Source: Flavobacteriales bacterium (GTDB taxonomy: Bacteria; Bacteroidota; Bacteroidia; CAIKAF01). From it: DNA of 64,000 nucleotides. Each line of letters begins with the position of its first letter. The first letter of the stretch is position 1. Under the pieces are notes generated by a model. That model was not told the DNA's origin and searched no databases. It saw only the letters and a list, made by a program, of their open reading frames with translations. Positions 58,871 to 64,000 of this stretch are shown piece after piece. The stretch covers positions 81,317-145,316 of the forward strand of contig JANWKT010000013.1 in the NCBI GenBank assembly GCA_025451235.1, given 5' to 3'. The translations under genes and the position numbers were made by a program.

Positions 58871-59986
58871 TTGAAAACTCGTTCAATGCAATTTCAGTTA
58901 AAAACCCCCGCATTACTGGTCCTTGAAGATGGAACAGTATTTACCGGCCGGGCCTGCGGCAAAACAGGTACCACCACCGGAGAGATCGCTTTTAATACCA
59001 GTATGACCGGCTATCAGGAAATTTTTTCTGATCCCTCCTATTTTGGTCAGATCCTCGTGATGACCGGTGTTCATATTGGTAATTATGGTATTAAAAAAAA
59101 TGAAGTGGAAAGTGGGTCCACTAAAATTGCAGGTATGGTCTGCAAATCTTTTGCTGATTATCCTTCACGCAAAAGTGGGGATGGTTCCCTCCAGCAAGAT
59201 TTTGAAAAAAACGGTTTGATCGGTATATCGGATGTAGATACCCGTGCACTTGTACGGCATATCCGTCATAAAGGAGCGATGAATGCTATCATCTCCAGTG
59301 AGAATTTAAATGTGAATCAACTCAAGGCGCAATTGAGAGATGTGCCAAGTATGAAAGGATTAGAGCTGAGCTCGAAAGTTTGTACCAAAGAACCTTATTT
59401 CTATGGTGATGAAAAATCCCCCTATAAAGTAGCAGTACTCGACCTGGGTATTAAACAAAATATTTTACGTTGCTTGGCCGACAGAGGCTGTTATTGTAAA
59501 GTATTCCCCATGGATGCCACGGTAGAAGAAATGGAAAAATGGAACCCGGATGGATATATGATCTCTAATGGTCCCGGTGATCCAGAAACCATGACAGGAG
59601 TGATTGCCGAAGTGAAAAAATTGGTAGACCACGATAAAAAAGTGTTCGGGATCTGCTTGGGTCACCAGGTATTGAGCTGGGCCATGGGGGTTCCTACTTA
59701 TAAAATGTTCAATGGACATAGGGGATCCAATCACCCGGTAAAAAATTTAAAAACGGGAAGGGGAGAGATCACTTCACAAAACCATGGTTTTGTATCCGAT
59801 GAAAAACTCATTAGCGAAAATAAGTTAGTTGAAGTAACCCATCAACATTTAAATGATCATTCAGTTGCCGGGATCAAGGTAAAAGGAAAACCTGTTTTTT
59901 CGGTTCAATATCATCCCGAAGCATCAGCTGGCCCGCATGATAGCAGGTATTTGTTTGATGAGTTTGTGGAGTTGATGAAGAAGTAG
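58871..59986 (+). CDS. carA: Carbamoyl-phosphate synthase small (glutamine amidotransferase) subunit
   Basis: 'LVLEDGTVFTG', 'GICLGHQVL' catalytic Cys and 'VQYHPEASAGPHD'. The true start is likely the Met at 58886. Confidence 0.92.
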   Translation: MKTRSMQFQLKTPALLVLEDGTVFTGRACGKTGTTTGEIAFNTSMTGYQEIFSDPSYFGQILVMTGVHIGNYGIKKNEVESGSTKIAGMVCKSFADYPSRKSGDGSLQQDFEKNGLIGISDVDTRALVRHIRHKGAMNAIISSENLNVNQLKAQLRDVPSMKGLELSSKVCTKEPYFYGDEKSPYKVAVLDLGIKQNILRCLADRGCYCKVFPMDATVEEMEKWNPDGYMISNGPGDPETMTGVIAEVKKLVDHDKKVFGICLGHQVLSWAMGVPTYKMFNGHRGSNHPVKNLKTGRGEITSQNHGFVSDEKLISENKLVEVTHQHLNDHSVAGIKVKGKPVFSVQYHPEASAGPHDSRYLFDEFVELMKK

Positions 59987-60423
59987 GGGTTTCGTATTTT
60001 TTTTTGGATTATTTATATGAATTGCTTGCTTCTGTTTCGCTACCGCCCCTGACGAAGCTTGCTACACTGCTAGCCAGGACCAGCGAGGGTGCTGATTTTT
60101 GTGTAAAGAGGTAACTATGTATCTGTTAGGCCATATTAAGCCAATATTAACTTTATTTTTAGACACAAAATTGGAGCTTACTATCCGGGGAAATATGGAT
60201 AGCATTCGGATAAAAAAACGTATTAAACGGCATATAGACTCTTTTATGAATTTGGTACATTTACCAATATTAACGAAGAATAAATAGAGGATGGAGTGAG
60301 ATCCATGACGAGGAAGTTTATTAAGAAATGGAATCTAATCAATACCATGCCGTTTATTACAAAATATAACCATTCCTTACAAAAATATACCACTTCTTAC
60401 GAGGGGATGAATTCAACTATTTA

Positions 60424-62016
60424 TTGCTTAACTTGTATGCACCCTCATATAACATGAGTACCCCAATAAGCATTATGAAATATATACTTGTCATTTGTTG
60501 TTTAGTTTTGGAAACACCTGTTTTTTCTCAAATCACTTTCCAGAAAGCCTATGGGGGTACAGCGGGTGAGCATAACGAATGCCTGGGCAAGACCAACGGT
60601 ATCATGAATACCACCAGTGATAGTGGTTATGTTATTTGTAATTCAAGCATAAGCTTTGCCAACCCATTCTCACAGGGAATTTATTTTGTAAGGCTAGATC
60701 AATTCGGGGATACTATTTTTACTAAAACATTTTATAGGAACGACTATCATTGTTATGGTAGATCAATCTATGAAACCAGTGATGGTGGATTTATTATGGG
60801 TGTGGCCCATTCGGGATCTGGTCTGATTAAAACCGATGCCGCCGGTAACATTACTTGGAGCAAAAAACTTTCGATGAGCAATGGGTATTATGGGATGCCT
60901 GTAGCGGGCAATTCATTCTTATGTACTTCGTCATTTGGTAATGCAATGTATCTAAGTAAGGTAGATATGAACGGCAATATGCTCTTTGAAAATAGATATT
61001 TTACCATCAATTCCTGGTATTCCTCATCAGAGCATTTTATGTTATACTCTTCTTATGAATGTGCCAATACTGATATTATTTCGACGGGATATTATATAAA
61101 TGGTTCTTCCAATGGTGAGATCCTATTAATAAGGACCGATTCGGCCGGCAATATTAAATTTGTAAAAAGTTACGACAGCGATATTTACTTTGAATCTGCA
61201 TATAAAGTAATTGAGTTGGCCGATAAAAGTATCGTTGCTGTGGGTGGTTGGGGAGAGCTAAAAACGGTTATATTGAAAACAGATTCGCTTGGCAATCCCA
61301 TCTTTTTTAAAAAAATTGGGAATTCTCAAGGTTCAAATGCCGTTGCTGCTGACGATAAGGGTAATTTATATTTAACAGGAGGAACCTCTATTGTAGGAAA
61401 CGCCCTTGCCATTATAACCAAAACCAATTCCCTTGGAAATATTATCTGGTCGAAAACTTATGAAAATGCAGAGGTAGGGCTTTGCATCGAATTAACCCCT
61501 GATAAGGGCATGGTAATGGCCGGAATAACCAATAGCTTCGGTGCGGGGGGGTATGATACCTATCTTTGTAAAACAGATTCGATGGGTGATGCGGGTTGTG
61601 ACATATCCGATTCATTGTTTTCTATAAATGTCATTAATCCCATTGTTACGGATCATATACTGCTTGTTATGCCGGACACGGTATGCTCTAATTTTCCGAT
61701 GTTGGTTAATTCGGGAACCATTGTTAGCACCAAATGCCAGAATTTCACATTGAGTGCCGATGAGTTGCAGTCGGACCTAGATATTGAATTATACCCGAAT
61801 CCTGTTACAGATATGATCATGATAGATGTTGGTGAAAATTTCGATATACAGATCCATCTATCCGTTTACAGTATTTCGGGCCAGCTCCTGGTGAAAAAAT
61901 CTTTTGATCATACCGGAACTATTACTCTTGATCTTCAGCACTTGTCGGGTGGGGTATACTTTCTTCAGGTGGATGATGGGAAAAAATCGATGACGAGGAA
62001 GTTTATTAAGAAATAG
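60424..62016 (+). CDS. T9SS-secreted protein with beta-propeller-like repeats
   Basis: 530 aa with a signal/TM leader. C-terminal CTD 'LYPNPVTDMIMIDVGENFDIQIHLSVYSISGQLL..GVYFLQVDDGKKSMTRKFIKK'. Confidence 0.8.
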   Translation: MLNLYAPSYNMSTPISIMKYILVICCLVLETPVFSQITFQKAYGGTAGEHNECLGKTNGIMNTTSDSGYVICNSSISFANPFSQGIYFVRLDQFGDTIFTKTFYRNDYHCYGRSIYETSDGGFIMGVAHSGSGLIKTDAAGNITWSKKLSMSNGYYGMPVAGNSFLCTSSFGNAMYLSKVDMNGNMLFENRYFTINSWYSSSEHFMLYSSYECANTDIISTGYYINGSSNGEILLIRTDSAGNIKFVKSYDSDIYFESAYKVIELADKSIVAVGGWGELKTVILKTDSLGNPIFFKKIGNSQGSNAVAADDKGNLYLTGGTSIVGNALAIITKTNSLGNIIWSKTYENAEVGLCIELTPDKGMVMAGITNSFGAGGYDTYLCKTDSMGDAGCDISDSLFSINVINPIVTDHILLVMPDTVCSNFPMLVNSGTIVSTKCQNFTLSADELQSDLDIELYPNPVTDMIMIDVGENFDIQIHLSVYSISGQLLVKKSFDHTGTITLDLQHLSGGVYFLQVDDGKKSMTRKFIKK

Positions 62017-62149
62017 TTTTAGAAATAGAATTTGTGTAAGTATTGACGGCTGCGCCTTAGGTGCGGTCGTTGTTGTTTTACCGGATTTGTCTGGCGACTC
62101 ATCTGATCGGTTCCCGCAGGCCCTGCTGCGCTGCGCTTAGCAGGTTATG

Positions 62150-62316
62150 GTTCCCGCAGATCTCGCAGATTTTTTTTGCTTTACCTCAGCTATCCTATAC
62201 AGCAGCTTTCATCTCGCAGATTGGAGGCGCTATGGCGCCTCATCTGCGAGATGAAAGCCGCCGGAGGGAAAGTCAGGCAAAAAGCATCAGCGAAAATCTG
62301 CGTGATCTGCGGGAAC
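62150..62316. repeat. MITE-like small element, copy B
   Basis: Terminal inverted repeats gttcccgcagatctcgcagattt (62150-62172) and aaatctgcgtgatctgcgggaac (62294-62316). Same internal palindrome as copy A. A partial extra left end lies at 62109-62148. Confidence 0.7.
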
Positions 62317-62374
62317 CAAAAATGAGCAGCGTCAGCTGCGAGTATATTGTGCTTAGCGGGAACTAGAAATCAAG

Positions 62375-63070
62375 TTATTCCGAATCCATATTATCGGCCT
62401 GGAACATAAAGCCAAGACGTTTGCCTGTTTTTTGTTGAAGAGCCTCGCTGTTCGAATATATTTCGGCAATGCTTACCTGTTTTACCTGCTCGTAATTCGG
62501 CATGAGGAGATCGAAATCAATAGCATATAAAATGGCAGATTCAATGATGGCCCTTGAGGATGCTTTATCGATAACACTGTTGCCAAAATTGTTGTATAAA
62601 AACCCCATTTGCCTTTTACCTTCTACAAAAAAATGAAGTTCTTTATTAATAAAGATCCTTGCAATTAAATATCCCACGTCGTTTTCCCTATTGTATTTAA
62701 ACGAATCCGTTAAAAAATTATATACATTGATCACTGCACAATAAGCCCTGTCCTCATCTTTTTTTACATAGGGAGTATTGTATATATAATGGCTTTTTTC
62801 GAAACTGAATATGTTGCTGTGCAAATGAAATACGAGGGTGTCACCGGCAAAGGAAAAAGAAGCTTCATGCTCGCTTTTCTCTGTATAGTTAAAACTGAGC
62901 TTTACATCTCCATCATTTACTTCTTTCGATAATTCATCGTTGATCTCCCTTAAATTTTCTTTGAATATTTTAAAGACCTCCTTGCTTTGTTTATAGAGAC
63001 CCAGCTTCATCACCGATTTTTCTTTCAGGGTCTTTACAATAAGTTCTTTGGCTGTTAAAGGTGCACTCAT
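62375..63070 (-). CDS. Hypothetical protein
   Basis: 231 aa. No recognised motif. Confidence 0.5.
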   Translation of the reverse strand: MSAPLTAKELIVKTLKEKSVMKLGLYKQSKEVFKIFKENLREINDELSKEVNDGDVKLSFNYTEKSEHEASFSFAGDTLVFHLHSNIFSFEKSHYIYNTPYVKKDEDRAYCAVINVYNFLTDSFKYNRENDVGYLIARIFINKELHFFVEGKRQMGFLYNNFGNSVIDKASSRAIIESAILYAIDFDLLMPNYEQVKQVSIAEIYSNSEALQQKTGKRLGFMFQADNMDSE

Positions 63071-63076
63071 AGTTGC

Positions 63077-63598
63077 TTACTTTTTTTTATAAATAGGAAC
63101 CGTACTGCAAGGCTCACCATACATGAGGCTTTTTACATGGGGTAATAAAAGATTGGTGATCTCCATATAGATCATTTCAGAGATCTCACGGTCACTGCAA
63201 CCTTTGATCACCACTCTTTTCCCTTCGTAATCTGCAGGGTTGATCTCTTTTTCTATGCGGAGTAAAATGGCTTCCTGGATGGCAAATTCGCGGGTGCCAA
63301 AATATACTTTGGCCGTATAGGGGAATGCATGCATAGAAACCAGCATATAGGCCCATTTGGGTATAATAGCATCTTCAGAACAAAATACGGCCACGATTTT
63401 TCCTTCAAATTGTTTCCAGTCGAGTTCGTCCAATGCTTTTCTAAAATCTTTTTCTTTCAGGATGATGCCTTCAAACAAAAAATCCTTGATATCGATCTCC
63501 GCCACATGTTCATGTGGATAATAATCTCCCAGGTCGATGGTGACCAAACCACTACCCGCCACTTTGTTAACGATCTCTTCTTCCGATTTCACTGCCAT
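63077..63598 (-). CDS. Hypothetical protein (DUF2480-like, tentative)
   Basis: 173 aa. 'VAGSGLVTIDLGDYYP' resembles the conserved N-terminus of a Bacteroidetes DUF family, as far as I recall. Confidence 0.45.
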   Translation of the reverse strand: MAVKSEEEIVNKVAGSGLVTIDLGDYYPHEHVAEIDIKDFLFEGIILKEKDFRKALDELDWKQFEGKIVAVFCSEDAIIPKWAYMLVSMHAFPYTAKVYFGTREFAIQEAILLRIEKEINPADYEGKRVVIKGCSDREISEMIYMEITNLLLPHVKSLMYGEPCSTVPIYKKK

Positions 63599-63972
63599 CA
63601 GGACAATATTTTTTTCACCATTTCACTGATCCTTTTGTTATCTGCTTTTCCAGCCAACGATTTACTGGCGACCCCCATTACCTTTCCCATTTCGGCCGCG
63701 GTAGTAGCACCTACTTGTGCAATTACTGCTTTGATCTCTTTTTCCAGGTCCTCATCACTCATTTGTGCAGGCAAATAAACGGAAATAGCTTCCATTTGCG
63801 CTTTTTCCACATCTGCCAGGTCGGTCCTGTTATTTTGTACATATAGATCGTACGATTCCTTTCGTGTTTTCACCAGTTTATTTAACAAAGCAATTTCTGT
63901 TTCTTTACTCATTTCTTCCCCACCCCCTTTTTCGGTTTTGGCCAGGAGAATGGCCGATTTTACAGCACGCAA
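63598..63972 (-). CDS. GatB/YqeY domain-containing protein
   Basis: 'DLYVQNNRTDLADVEKAQMEAISVYLPAQMSDEDLEKEIKAVIAQVGA..KVMGV' matches YqeY. May extend upstream toward the window edge. Confidence 0.7.
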   Translation of the reverse strand: MRAVKSAILLAKTEKGGGEEMSKETEIALLNKLVKTRKESYDLYVQNNRTDLADVEKAQMEAISVYLPAQMSDEDLEKEIKAVIAQVGATTAAEMGKVMGVASKSLAGKADNKRISEMVKKILS

Positions 63973-64000
63973 TGCTTCCAGTTTTAATTTATCACCCGCC

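Noticed and set aside
1-64000. Search for CRISPR arrays, rRNA/tRNA genes, integrases/transposases
   Set aside because: No regularly spaced direct repeats, no rRNA- or tRNA-like conserved blocks, and no tyrosine/serine recombinase or DDE transposase motifs among ORFs >60 aa. The island appears to lack its own mobility genes within this window.

Overview
This 64 kb window looks like a Bacteroidota chromosome, judged from its gene content. The clues are a Bacteroidetes-type RpoD, five proteins with C-terminal T9SS (Por) sorting domains, a LytTR two-component pair, and signal peptides of the 'MKK..LL..C/A' lipoprotein type. No rRNA gene, tRNA gene or CRISPR array was seen.

The window has three parts.

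1. ~0-24 kb is ordinary housekeeping: rpoD, HtrA/DegP, dapF, NlpC/P60, TetR, pabA-like GATase, class-V aminotransferase, M42 and M1-like peptidases, LpxH-like phosphoesterase, rplU-rpmA, and GNATs.

2. ~24-47 kb is a cluster of large secreted T9SS cargo proteins. They are of the parallel beta-helix, HYR/choice-of-anchor-D, SBBP beta-propeller and YCF48/BNR-like types. Interspersed are a beta-lactamase-family hydrolase, a thiolase, a WG-repeat protein, and a LytS-type sensor kinase with a LytTR regulator.

3. ~47.8-58 kb is a visibly AT-rich accessory island with no integrase or transposase in view. It contains a retron: a PRTase-like protein, a small winged-helix-like protein, a hairpin-rich ~145-180 bp non-coding gap, and a retron-type reverse transcriptase (RT). 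Immediately downstream is a tight 4-gene operon that I could not place in any defence system I can recall. It encodes a single-TM protein, a pentapeptide-repeat/2TM pore-like fusion, an AbiV-like protein and a 352 aa unknown. The island is flanked by carA, a further T9SS cargo gene and small genes.

Several small repeat families recur in intergenic DNA, including MITE-like elements with 23 bp terminal inverted repeats and long palindromes. Functional assignments are from motif recognition by eye; no database search was run.
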